From positions 5,056,001 through 5,120,000 of the forward strand of contig OZ223209.1 in the NCBI GenBank assembly GCA_965140415.1: a stretch of DNA of 64,000 bases, given 5' to 3'. Position numbers and translations under genes: made by a program. Each line of letters begins with the position of its first letter. Within the stretch, counting starts at the first letter, position 1. Origin of the DNA: Myxococcota bacterium. GTDB lineage: Bacteria > Myxococcota_A > SURF-8. Below, one piece after another: positions 46,980 through 56,237 of this stretch. Under the pieces are notes generated by a model that did not search any database, was not told where the DNA came from, and was given only the letters and a program-made list of their open reading frames with translations.

Positions 46980-49043
46980 ATGGCGGAATTGATATTTGAA
47001 ATCGGATGCGAGGAACTCCCGGCGGGAGCGATTGCACCGGCCTTAAACGCAATGGCTTCTTTTCTCGCGGATGAACTGAACGCCGCCGGGCTGCATCACG
47101 GCGACCCGCAGATGTTCGGCACTCCGCGCAGACTGGGCGCGGTGATCCGCTCGCTGGATGAAAGACAGGAAGACCGCGAGGAACAGGTGGTCGGACCCAA
47201 GGAAGCCATCGCCTTCGACGAGCAGGGTCAGCCGACCAAAGTAGCGCAGGGTTTTGCGCGCGGTCATGGCTTGGATGTAGCAGAACTGGAAATCGTCGAT
47301 ACCCCCAAAGGGCGCTGCATCGGCGGCACCAAGCAGATCAAAGGCAAGCCGACGGCGGCCCTGCTTGAGGAGTTGCTGCCTAAACTGCTGCCGCGCATTC
47401 CCTTCCGTAAATCGATGCGCTGGAATATCCACGACGAAACCTTCGCACGGCCCATCCACTGGATTCTGGCGGTGCTGGACGGCAAGGTGATCCCGATTCA
47501 TTATGCCGGTGTGGATAGCGGGAACAAAAGCTACGGGCATCGTTTCCTGGCCCCGGAAGCCTTCAAGGTGCACGACGCCGAGTTGTTCTTCCGGCATCTG
47601 GATCAAGCCTATGTGGTCGCCGATATCAACGACCGCCGGGATCTGATCGAGAAAATGGCCAGCAAATTGGCAACCGAAGCGGGCGGGAAGCTCATCGAAG
47701 ACGACAGTCTGCTGGATGAAATCGCCAATATCGTAGAGTATCCGACCGGCTTGATCGGCACCTTCGACGAAGACTACCTGCAATTACCGAAGGAAATTCC
47801 GGTTCTGTCGATGCGCAGCCACCAGAAGTACTTTGCACTGCAAGACGAAAAGGGTCGGCTTTTACCCAAATTCATCGTTTTCCAGAACGGCAAAACCGAA
47901 GATCCCAAAATGGTGGTGGCCGGAAACGAGCGCGTGCTGGCGGCAAGATTGTCGGATGCGCGCTTCTTCTTCAACGAAGATCGCAAGCAACCGCTTGAAA
48001 GCTTTGTGGAAGGATTGAAAAAGGTCACGTTCCAGGAAAAACTGGGCAGCATCCATGAAAAGGTGGAACGCATCGGCGAACACGTGCGCTTCCTGGCTCC
48101 GTTCATCAAAGCCGAAGCGTTGGAAAACGCATTGCGTGCCGCACACTTGTGCAAAGCCGATCTGCAAAGCGCAGTGGTGGTGGAATTCCCGGATTTGCAG
48201 GGAGTGATGGGTCGCGTGTATGGCCTGCTCGATTCGGAAGACCAGTCGGTCGCGGAAGCGCTGGAGCAGCATTACTGGCCGCGCTTCGCCGATGACGAAC
48301 TGCCCACCAGGCATGTGGCGGCCATCGTGGCGCTGGCGGACAAGCTGGACACCATCGCCGGTTGCTTCGGCGTGGGCCTGATTCCCAGCGGTGCAGCGGA
48401 CCCTTACGCTTTGCGACGCCTGGCGCTGGGTATCATCCGTATTCTGAGCGATCGCGGTTATAACGTGCCACTGGCAAGCTGGATCGATTTCGCCGTCAAC
48501 GCCTATGGCGACAAACTGAACCGCGATACGGCTCAGACCAAGAGCGACATTCGGGAGTTCATCCTGGGACGCTATCGCAACCTGCGTAACCGCAACGTTC
48601 CCACCGATTTGGTAGACTGCGTCCTTTCCGCCAATTTCGAAATGCTGCCCGAACTGGACGGCAAACTGGCGGCCCTGCAACAGTTCAGCAAACAGCCGGA
48701 AAGCCGCGCTTGTGCGGCGGCATTCAAGCGCGTGATGAACATCCTGAAAGAGCGTCCCGATAGCGTCGTCGATCCGGATCTGTTCGGTTTCGATGCCGAG
48801 CATGAATTGTGGAACGCGGCACAGGACGTAAGCCAGCGTGTCGGCTCCGCCCTGAAAAAAGGCGAATATCTTTCCGCGTTGGAAATCCTGGCCGAGTTGA
48901 AACAGCCGGTGGATCGCTTTTTCGATGACGTACTGGTAATGGACAAGGACGAGGCGGTGCGCAACAATCGTCTCTCCCTGCTCGGATACCTGGCGGATCT
49001 CTTTACAGGCATTGCGGATTTCCGCAAGATTCAAACGGACTAG
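46980..49043 (+). CDS. glyS: Glycine-tRNA ligase beta subunit
   Basis: FEIGCEELP, TPRRL, KSMRW, RPIHW, GNERVL.ARL.DA, EFP.LQG.MG, DPYALRR, VRNNRL. Confidence 0.96.
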   Translation: MAELIFEIGCEELPAGAIAPALNAMASFLADELNAAGLHHGDPQMFGTPRRLGAVIRSLDERQEDREEQVVGPKEAIAFDEQGQPTKVAQGFARGHGLDVAELEIVDTPKGRCIGGTKQIKGKPTAALLEELLPKLLPRIPFRKSMRWNIHDETFARPIHWILAVLDGKVIPIHYAGVDSGNKSYGHRFLAPEAFKVHDAELFFRHLDQAYVVADINDRRDLIEKMASKLATEAGGKLIEDDSLLDEIANIVEYPTGLIGTFDEDYLQLPKEIPVLSMRSHQKYFALQDEKGRLLPKFIVFQNGKTEDPKMVVAGNERVLAARLSDARFFFNEDRKQPLESFVEGLKKVTFQEKLGSIHEKVERIGEHVRFLAPFIKAEALENALRAAHLCKADLQSAVVVEFPDLQGVMGRVYGLLDSEDQSVAEALEQHYWPRFADDELPTRHVAAIVALADKLDTIAGCFGVGLIPSGAADPYALRRLALGIIRILSDRGYNVPLASWIDFAVNAYGDKLNRDTAQTKSDIREFILGRYRNLRNRNVPTDLVDCVLSANFEMLPELDGKLAALQQFSKQPESRACAAAFKRVMNILKERPDSVVDPDLFGFDAEHELWNAAQDVSQRVGSALKKGEYLSALEILAELKQPVDRFFDDVLVMDKDEAVRNNRLSLLGYLADLFTGIADFRKIQTD

Positions 49044-49055
49044 ATTTGAACAACC

Positions 49056-49090
49056 AGCCTGCCTGTCACCGGGCAGGCTTTTTAATTTTT
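49056..49090 (+). terminator. Rho-independent terminator after glyS
   Basis: AGCCTGCC-loop-GGCAGGCT followed by TTTTTAATTTTTT. Confidence 0.8.
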
Positions 49091-49122
49091 TGACAAGACG
49101 CATTATTTACGAGGAGTAACCC

Positions 49123-51279
49123 ATGAAACGCTGGCAGGCATGGATGATCGGTGTTATTGCGATTTCGTTGTTCGCAATCGGCTGTTCGGAAGGCGACGAC
49201 GAGACCATCACGCCCGACGGCGATCTGGACGCCTCGGAAAATGTGGAGTTGGAAACCGACGGCGATGGTGAAGCGGAAGAGGATGTCGTTAACGACACGC
49301 CCGAACCGGACAATCGCGTCGTGTACGAGATTCACGGTCCGACCTCAGCCAATCGTCCCAGACCGGCCAATCGGCTCCCCTTCCCATACAATTTCTTCAC
49401 CGAGCCTAACCCACAGCGTCTAACCGGCTTGCAGGTCAAACTCAGTCCGCCGCCGACCGCCGCGATTATGGAGATCAACACCAACCTGATCGACACCGGC
49501 CTGTACTTCATGAACGCCACCACCTACACCGACGGCATGAACGCGCTGGACGGCTTTTCGACCTTCGCCTACTTGATGTTCGAAGTCACGCCGGAACTGG
49601 ATACCAGCCTGCTGCCGCAGACGCCGGAGGAGTCCGTTACCGACGATAGCCTGATCTGGCTCGTCAATCTGCAAGCCGACTCGGATGATTTCGGTCAGCG
49701 GATTCCCGTCTGGGTGGAACAGGCGGAAGGTTTTGAATTCGACAAGGACGACCACGACATCCACGAGCATCTGTTCTGGTACGTGCGCATGCGCCCAACG
49801 CAGCCACTGATGGACCAGACCCGCTATGCGCTGGTGGTACGCAAAGGCTTGAAGACGACGCAGGGCGACCTACTGGAACCGGCGCGACACTTCCTGTTCG
49901 TTTCCGATCAGGCACCTATCGCCAATGTAACCGAACTGCAACAACCGTTATTGGAAAACGAGCGCACGCGCATGGCGGAAGTCTTTACAACGTTGGAATC
50001 GGACGACATCGGCATCGATCGCGAAGACCTGCTTTTGGCGGTGGATTTCACCACGCAGACGGTGGTGCACGATCTGGAAAACATCCGCGACCGCATGGCG
50101 GCAGGAGAATTCGTCACTCCCGTACCGGATTTCGATGTCGATGACGACGGCAGCCCGGATCTCTACGACAACTCGACCTATCCCTCCGAGTTTCCCGGCG
50201 CGACGGTGGATATGACCGATATCGGCGCGTATCTGCACGGCACCATCCAGGCGCCCGACTTCCGCCTGCCACGCATTGTGGAATGGAACGAGTCGCGCCA
50301 GCGCGCTTTCGATTACGATGAAAACCAGAATCCGAAAGTTCAAGATACGCTGGAGATCCCATTCGTTCTGTATTTGCCGAAAGAACCGTCGGCGCAACCC
50401 TGCCCGGTAATCATCGTGCAACACGGAATTAGTAGCAAAAAGGAAGACCTGCGCCGCATTTCCACGATCTTCGCCAAGTATGGCTGGGCCACCTTGACGG
50501 CGGACTTCGTTTATCACGGCGAACGCAGCGATGGCAACATGGCAGCACTCTCCTTTATCGACATCGTTTATCCGCTTAAAGCCCGTTCCAGTTGGATGCA
50601 GGCGACCAGCGATCACCTGCAAATCATTACCATGCTGCGCAACTGGGATCTGGATCTGTACCCGCAAGGCGGCGACGGCACGGTGGATCTGGACAGCAGC
50701 CGGGTGGCCTATATCGGGCAATCGTTGGGCGGCATCGTCGGTGGTATCACCTCGGCGGTTTCCAAGGATCTGGGTGCCTCGATCATCAACGTCGGCGGCG
50801 GCGGTTTGATGGATTTTGTGGCACAGTTCTTGTCCGACTACGGCATCAACACCTACTATCCCGACTATTACATGACCCAGTATTCCACGGTGGCACAGAC
50901 CATTCTGGATGCGGGCGACTCGGTAAACTATGCGCGTTTCCATGTAAATCCGCCGCAGGATTACGCCTCCAAGTGGGTTTTATTACAGGAATCGATCGAC
51001 GACGAAACGGTGCCCAATCCGGTGTCGGAAAACTACGCCCGCGCCGCGAACATGCTGCAACTGAACCCCGCAGTGCGCCCGGTCTACGGACTGACACCGG
51101 CAGACGGTCCCACAACGAATAACGCCTTTATCCAGTTCGACCCGGCCAATCACAATTCGCTATTGGGTCATACCTACCCCGAAACCACCGCGCGCATCCA
51201 GGCGCAGATCGTGCATTTCTTCCAGACCTTTTTCGACAACGGGCAGGCGGAAGTCATCGTACCGGAAACGACGGAGTGA
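49123..51279 (+). CDS. Lipoprotein alpha/beta hydrolase (lipase-like) with an N-terminal Ig-like region
   Basis: Lipobox AIGC; DGD linker; LDGFST, QHGISS, nucleophile GQSLG, DETVPN. Confidence 0.8.
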   Translation: MKRWQAWMIGVIAISLFAIGCSEGDDETITPDGDLDASENVELETDGDGEAEEDVVNDTPEPDNRVVYEIHGPTSANRPRPANRLPFPYNFFTEPNPQRLTGLQVKLSPPPTAAIMEINTNLIDTGLYFMNATTYTDGMNALDGFSTFAYLMFEVTPELDTSLLPQTPEESVTDDSLIWLVNLQADSDDFGQRIPVWVEQAEGFEFDKDDHDIHEHLFWYVRMRPTQPLMDQTRYALVVRKGLKTTQGDLLEPARHFLFVSDQAPIANVTELQQPLLENERTRMAEVFTTLESDDIGIDREDLLLAVDFTTQTVVHDLENIRDRMAAGEFVTPVPDFDVDDDGSPDLYDNSTYPSEFPGATVDMTDIGAYLHGTIQAPDFRLPRIVEWNESRQRAFDYDENQNPKVQDTLEIPFVLYLPKEPSAQPCPVIIVQHGISSKKEDLRRISTIFAKYGWATLTADFVYHGERSDGNMAALSFIDIVYPLKARSSWMQATSDHLQIITMLRNWDLDLYPQGGDGTVDLDSSRVAYIGQSLGGIVGGITSAVSKDLGASIINVGGGGLMDFVAQFLSDYGINTYYPDYYMTQYSTVAQTILDAGDSVNYARFHVNPPQDYASKWVLLQESIDDETVPNPVSENYARAANMLQLNPAVRPVYGLTPADGPTTNNAFIQFDPANHNSLLGHTYPETTARIQAQIVHFFQTFFDNGQAEVIVPETTE

Positions 51280-51577
51280 AGAAAGCGCTCGAATATCTGA
51301 TAACGTAAAAAGTTGGGAAGGGGAATGGTCCACCGTGATTTTTTCAATCGCGTTCAGGTATCCTTTTGAGCCAGAACATGAAAATCCGTTGACTCCTTCC
51401 GGCCCAATTGATATACACAATTAAATACAATTGTACTCAAATCAATGTCTCGTGAACATACCAAAACAATCTCATCGAATGATTTTTATGTACAATCGGC
51501 GAATTCACATCCGGCAAGAGCATCAAGCCATACGGACAACGAAAACATGTTCATGTGACAGGAAAGAAGAGAACTCC

Positions 51578-52483
51578 ATGCTAAAAAACAGTTGTTTTCT
51601 GCTTGCTTTAATGATTTTTCTACCAATTCTCTTTTCCTGCAACGATGGTGGTGATACAGCCGATGGCGATGTGACAGATGATGATTTAGAACCAGACAAA
51701 GATGTTGAAATGGACAGTTCTGAATTAGATATTGATTCGGATATGGATGTCAACTCCGATATTGCTGAAGAGGAAAAAGAACAATATCGGATGACTTATA
51801 CTGGGCATTTGGATTACAAAGGTGAAGCTTCATTCTTTATACCGGAAATCAGATTTGATGATATGCCAATCATCCAGGGGTTAGTCTATTCGGAAAATTA
51901 CGCAGTCACAGGTTATGTCGAGATTGGAAACATTGTCCCGAACGAGGGTGAATTTCAATTTTCCTCTGGTGTTTCTAATGCCAATTCGGAATTCATCCTG
52001 GTAATTAGCAAAAATCCATCAAGAAAAACTTACCATGGAACACTTGATGGTAATGGGGAAGCATCAGTTTTAGTTTCAGAAATTAACCAGATAGACATGC
52101 CAACCATTCAAGGCTATGTGTACTCGGAAAACTACTCCACAGCTGGTTACGTGACAATCGGCAACATCGTGCCGGGTAATGGTGAATTTCGGTTCTTCGC
52201 TGGTATTTCAAATGCAAATTCCGATTACATTCTTGTAGTCGACGATTCGGAGATGCGGTCCATCTACACAGGAAACCTTGATGGTAACGGGGACGCAAAT
52301 ATCCATGTGCCAGAAATTCGTCTTGATAACATGCCTATTGTTCAAGGGTTTGTGTGGACTGAAAACTACTCTGTTCCAGGATATGTCACTTTAGGAAGCA
52401 TCATACCTTCCGATAATAATTTCAGATTCTCGGCAGGCGGTGTTAACTCAAACGTTGCTTATATCCTCGTCATCAATCCATAG
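51578..52483 (+). CDS. AT-rich lipoprotein with three tandem 78-aa repeats
   Basis: Lipobox LFSC; unit Y.G.LD..G.A....EI....MP..QG.V.+ENY...GYV..G.I.P....F.F..G..N.N..+ILV at exact 234-nt spacing. Confidence 0.8.
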   Translation: MLKNSCFLLALMIFLPILFSCNDGGDTADGDVTDDDLEPDKDVEMDSSELDIDSDMDVNSDIAEEEKEQYRMTYTGHLDYKGEASFFIPEIRFDDMPIIQGLVYSENYAVTGYVEIGNIVPNEGEFQFSSGVSNANSEFILVISKNPSRKTYHGTLDGNGEASVLVSEINQIDMPTIQGYVYSENYSTAGYVTIGNIVPGNGEFRFFAGISNANSDYILVVDDSEMRSIYTGNLDGNGDANIHVPEIRLDNMPIVQGFVWTENYSVPGYVTLGSIIPSDNNFRFSAGGVNSNVAYILVINP

Positions 52484-52727
52484 ATCATTCAATTACTACA
52501 ACTTCTCTGTTGAAACCGACCCGACGAATCAAGTTGGTCTACCCGAACTAAAATTGTCGCCTAACATATTGACATCGAATCCATATCACATTTCAGCACA
52601 TCCAGCAACTTAATCATCTGACCCATGTGTTTGAGTAGCGTTTTCTGGCCAGCTACGACGATAAGAATCATTGCAGCTTAAATCAAGACACTTTAGACAA
52701 CCAACGTTTCTTCCTTCTTCCCCTATC

Positions 52728-54149
52728 CTACTTCTTTCTGCGTTGTCCGCTACGTCCCTTGCGGGGTGGACGGCGTCGGCGCGTGGAGGCTTCCAATATC
52801 GCCTCGTGGTCGTCGTTCTTGCCACTCTTGCGGCAGAACAGCTTGATGGGCGTGCCTTCGAAACCGTATGCTTCGCGCAGGCGATTGACAAGATAACGCT
52901 CGTAAGAAAAGTACAGTCGCTGCGGATCGTTGACGGAAAGCATAAAGGTCGGCGGCTGTGCATCGACCTGGCTGATGTAATATACCTTCAACGCCTTGCC
53001 CTTGATGATCGGCGGCGGCGTTCGGCGTAACGTCGGTTCCAGCCAGCGGTTCAACTCACCGGTGGAGATGCGGCGTTTATGCTGCTCCACCACCAGATCG
53101 ACACGCTTCAAAATGGTTTCCACGCGCTGGCCTTCCTTGGCGGAAACGAAAATGATCGGCGCATAGGGGATGAACTTGAGCCGGTCGCGAATGTCCTTGG
53201 CCATTTCACCGGCGGTGTAAGTGTCTTTTTCCACCAGATCCCATTTGTTGACCACAACCACCGAGGCCAGCCCCTTGTTATGGGCAAAACCGGCGATCTT
53301 GGTATCCTGATCGGTCACACCCTCGCGGGCATCCAGCATGATCAACGCCACGTCCGCGCGATCCATGGCCTTCAACGCCTTGACGATCGTGCGTTTTTCC
53401 TGCACCTGGTTGATGTTCTTCTTGCGCCGGATTCCGGCGGTGTCGATCAGGCGATAGTCCTTGCCGTCTCTCGTGATGACCGAGTCGATGGCATCGCGGG
53501 TCGTGCCGGGAATGTTGGTGACGATGTGCCGGTTTTTACCGGTGAAGCGATTGATCAGGGTGGATTTTCCGACGTTGGGCTTGCCGATGACGGCGATGCG
53601 GGCATGATCGGTATTGGGAGCGGAATCGATGGGAATGCTGGGATGCTCCCGTTCCACATCCGCTTCCAGATCGCCCACGCCCAGGCCATGCTCGGCGGAA
53701 ATCGGCAGAATCGGCTCTACGCCCATCCGGTAGAAGTCGGCCACATTATCCTGCTGCCGGGGACCATCGACCTTATTGACAAGGTAATACACCGGCTTGG
53801 CCGTCTTGCGCAGATGATGCACCAGTTCCTCATCCGCATGCACCAGCCCCTCGCGACCATCCATCACGGCGAAAATAATGTCCGCCTCTTCAATGGCCAG
53901 CAGGCTCTGCTCGCGCATGGATACCAGCAGATCGTCGCTGGTTTCCGGCTCGAAGCCGCCCGTGTCGATGACCGTGTATTCGTAATCGTAGAACTTCGCC
54001 CGGCCATAATGACGGTCCACCGTCATGCCGGGTTGATCGTCCACAATGGCCTGTCGTCGCCTGACCAGGCGGTTAAACAACGTGGACTTACCCACATTGG
54101 GGCGACCCACCAGGGCAATAGAAAGATGTCGTACTTGTATAGCCGTCAT
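52728..54149 (-). CDS. der: Ribosome biogenesis GTPase Der (EngA)
   Basis: Two G domains (GRPNVGKSTLFNRL, DTGG, NKVD; GKPNVGKS, DTAGIRR, NKWD) plus KH-like PPTF..YERYL.N.LR. Confidence 0.97.
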   Translation of the reverse strand: MTAIQVRHLSIALVGRPNVGKSTLFNRLVRRRQAIVDDQPGMTVDRHYGRAKFYDYEYTVIDTGGFEPETSDDLLVSMREQSLLAIEEADIIFAVMDGREGLVHADEELVHHLRKTAKPVYYLVNKVDGPRQQDNVADFYRMGVEPILPISAEHGLGVGDLEADVEREHPSIPIDSAPNTDHARIAVIGKPNVGKSTLINRFTGKNRHIVTNIPGTTRDAIDSVITRDGKDYRLIDTAGIRRKKNINQVQEKRTIVKALKAMDRADVALIMLDAREGVTDQDTKIAGFAHNKGLASVVVVNKWDLVEKDTYTAGEMAKDIRDRLKFIPYAPIIFVSAKEGQRVETILKRVDLVVEQHKRRISTGELNRWLEPTLRRTPPPIIKGKALKVYYISQVDAQPPTFMLSVNDPQRLYFSYERYLVNRLREAYGFEGTPIKLFCRKSGKNDDHEAILEASTRRRRPPRKGRSGQRRKK

Positions 54150-54155
54150 GGTTGC

Positions 54156-55082
54156 CTACTTGTATCCTAGTTCGTCCAGAGAATGCGGATCGTCCGTCCA
54201 GTTCTTGCGCACACGCACAAACAATTTAAGCCCGACTTCGGACTCGAAAAAGCGCTCCAGATCCTTGCGCGCCTTCTCGCCAATCTTCTTCAGCGTCGCT
54301 CCGCCCTTGCCGATAACGATGCCCTTCTGGCTTTCGCGTTCGATCACCAGATCCGCATCGATATGATAGCGCGTGCCGCCGTCCAATTCCAAAAACCGCT
54401 GAATGAATACGCCCAGCGAATACGGAACTTCGTCGCGCAGCACCAGCATCGTTTTCTCGCGCACGATCTCACTGGCCAGAAAACGCATGGTGCGATCTGT
54501 GACCATATCTTCCGGGTAATAGGGCGGCCCCTCCGGCATCAACTCGCGCGTGGATGTCACCAACTGCTCGACCCCGTCGCCGGTGCGCGCCGAAACCAGG
54601 TGTATCTGGTCGAATTCGAACATGTTGCGCTGCCGGTCGATAAACGGCAGCAACGCCTCTTTGCTCTCCAGATCGACTTTGTTGATCACCAGGAAAACGG
54701 GACGTCCAGCCTTGGCCAGTTCTTCCAGAATTCGCCGGTTGCCCTCGCCCATATCCTCGCGTTTCGTGAACTTGGGACCGACTTCCATCATGAAATAAAC
54801 GACATCGCCTTCCTGCATGGTTGCAATGGCGGTGTCGATCATGTAACGGTTCAGCTTTCCCTTGGCCTGATGAATGCCGGGGGTGTCGAGGTAAACGATC
54901 TGGCCGTCGTCGAAGTGGCGCACGCCCACAATGCGCTGGCGCGTGGTCTGCGGCTTATGCGTGGTAATGGCGATCCGCTCCCCCAGAATACGGTTCATCA
55001 AGGTGCTTTTTCCCACGTTGGGCCGCCCGATGATGGCCACAAAGCCCGAGCGGTAGTGGATGGGTTCTGCGTTTTCTGTCAT
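54156..55082 (-). CDS. era: GTPase Era
   Basis: SGFVAIIGRPNVGKSTL, KPQTTR, DTPG, NKVD, EVPYS, QKGIVIGKGG; ATG 55082 after AAGGA. Confidence 0.96.
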   Translation of the reverse strand: MTENAEPIHYRSGFVAIIGRPNVGKSTLMNRILGERIAITTHKPQTTRQRIVGVRHFDDGQIVYLDTPGIHQAKGKLNRYMIDTAIATMQEGDVVYFMMEVGPKFTKREDMGEGNRRILEELAKAGRPVFLVINKVDLESKEALLPFIDRQRNMFEFDQIHLVSARTGDGVEQLVTSTRELMPEGPPYYPEDMVTDRTMRFLASEIVREKTMLVLRDEVPYSLGVFIQRFLELDGGTRYHIDADLVIERESQKGIVIGKGGATLKKIGEKARKDLERFFESEVGLKLFVRVRKNWTDDPHSLDELGYK

Positions 55083-55305
55083 ATCCGTTTCCTTTAACTG
55101 GCCACGACTGCAACAACGGACTCCGTCCGTTGGTCGCCGCCTATGAAAGTCGTTTACGGTTGTAGCCGCACCGGCCCGAATTTGCAAGCAATGGATTGGG
55201 AAAAACGTCCTGATTTGACTTTCCATTTTGCACACCTCATGCTATAAGGCTAGCCTTACGGAAGCCGAATAGGGAAGACAACCTCTTGACAGTACAGAAC
55301 AAACG

Positions 55306-56229
55306 ATGGCGCTTGAACGAACGGAAATAAACGCGAAACGGCTGTTGGCCGCCGCCTTGGCGCTGGTATTATTGGCACTGGTTTTGTGGTCGATACTGTT
55401 CTATCGCAACCTGAATGCCGCCACCCCCGAATTCGAGGAATGGCAGGCGGCGGCGCAAGCGATTCAGCAGGAAATGCAAGCAGGCGACGCAGTAGCCATT
55501 ACTCCCTTCTGGGCGACGATGGGTGAGCGGGCTTTCGTCGAAGCGGGGCTGTCCTATCAGTATCTCCGCTGGATTGCCCAGGAAGACTGGCCCGGCGTGA
55601 AACGATTGTGGGTGGTGGAAGGCTACGACCGCTTCGTGGATCGGGACGAACTGCTGGCTAAAGGGGCGGTTTTACAGGAAACCAGAAGTATCGGTCCATT
55701 GAACGTACAGCGTTTCGAATTGCCCTCGCCGGGCGGACCGGTGTTCGACTTTTACGATCACCTGAGCGAAGCCCAGGTCTATACCAAACGCAACGGAAAG
55801 CGGGACGAGTGCTCCTCCTGGAACGAAAAGGAACGGAAATTTTCCTGTTCGTTGCGGCAGCAGTGGCACTATGTCGGCCAACTCACCCAGGAAATCGGCG
55901 ACGCCGTGCGCCACACCATCTGGTGTCATCCGGTGCGCGGAAAAGAGATTCACATCCGTTTCGAGCAGGTGCCGATCAGGCAAAAGCTGGTCATTCACAG
56001 CGGCTTGACCGATTACGCCGTCGCCGATAAAAACGGCGGCAAGGTATTTATCGACGCATGGGTGGACGGCAAACGCATCGGGCAGGCCGTGCAGGAAAAC
56101 GTGGACGGCTGGCATCGACACGCCTTCGAGTTGAAAAATCCGACTGGGAAGCCGCATACGGTGGAATTCGTCGTCACCACCCCGCGCGACGGGCGACGGC
56201 ATTTTTCCTTTAACGCCTACGGGCAATAA
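55306..56229 (+). CDS. Membrane-anchored hypothetical protein
   Basis: N-terminal TM helix and a beta-rich periplasmic part; 8 nt upstream of the GT-C gene. Confidence 0.7.
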   Translation: MALERTEINAKRLLAAALALVLLALVLWSILFYRNLNAATPEFEEWQAAAQAIQQEMQAGDAVAITPFWATMGERAFVEAGLSYQYLRWIAQEDWPGVKRLWVVEGYDRFVDRDELLAKGAVLQETRSIGPLNVQRFELPSPGGPVFDFYDHLSEAQVYTKRNGKRDECSSWNEKERKFSCSLRQQWHYVGQLTQEIGDAVRHTIWCHPVRGKEIHIRFEQVPIRQKLVIHSGLTDYAVADKNGGKVFIDAWVDGKRIGQAVQENVDGWHRHAFELKNPTGKPHTVEFVVTTPRDGRRHFSFNAYGQ

Positions 56230-56237
56230 TCGACCGA

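Noticed and set aside
47862-49103. 413-aa minus-strand ORF
   Set aside because: Antisense shadow of glyS.
49948-50943. 331-aa minus-strand ORF
   Set aside because: Antisense shadow of the alpha/beta hydrolase gene.
53079-55097. 363-aa and 304-aa plus-strand ORFs
   Set aside because: Antisense shadows of der and era.
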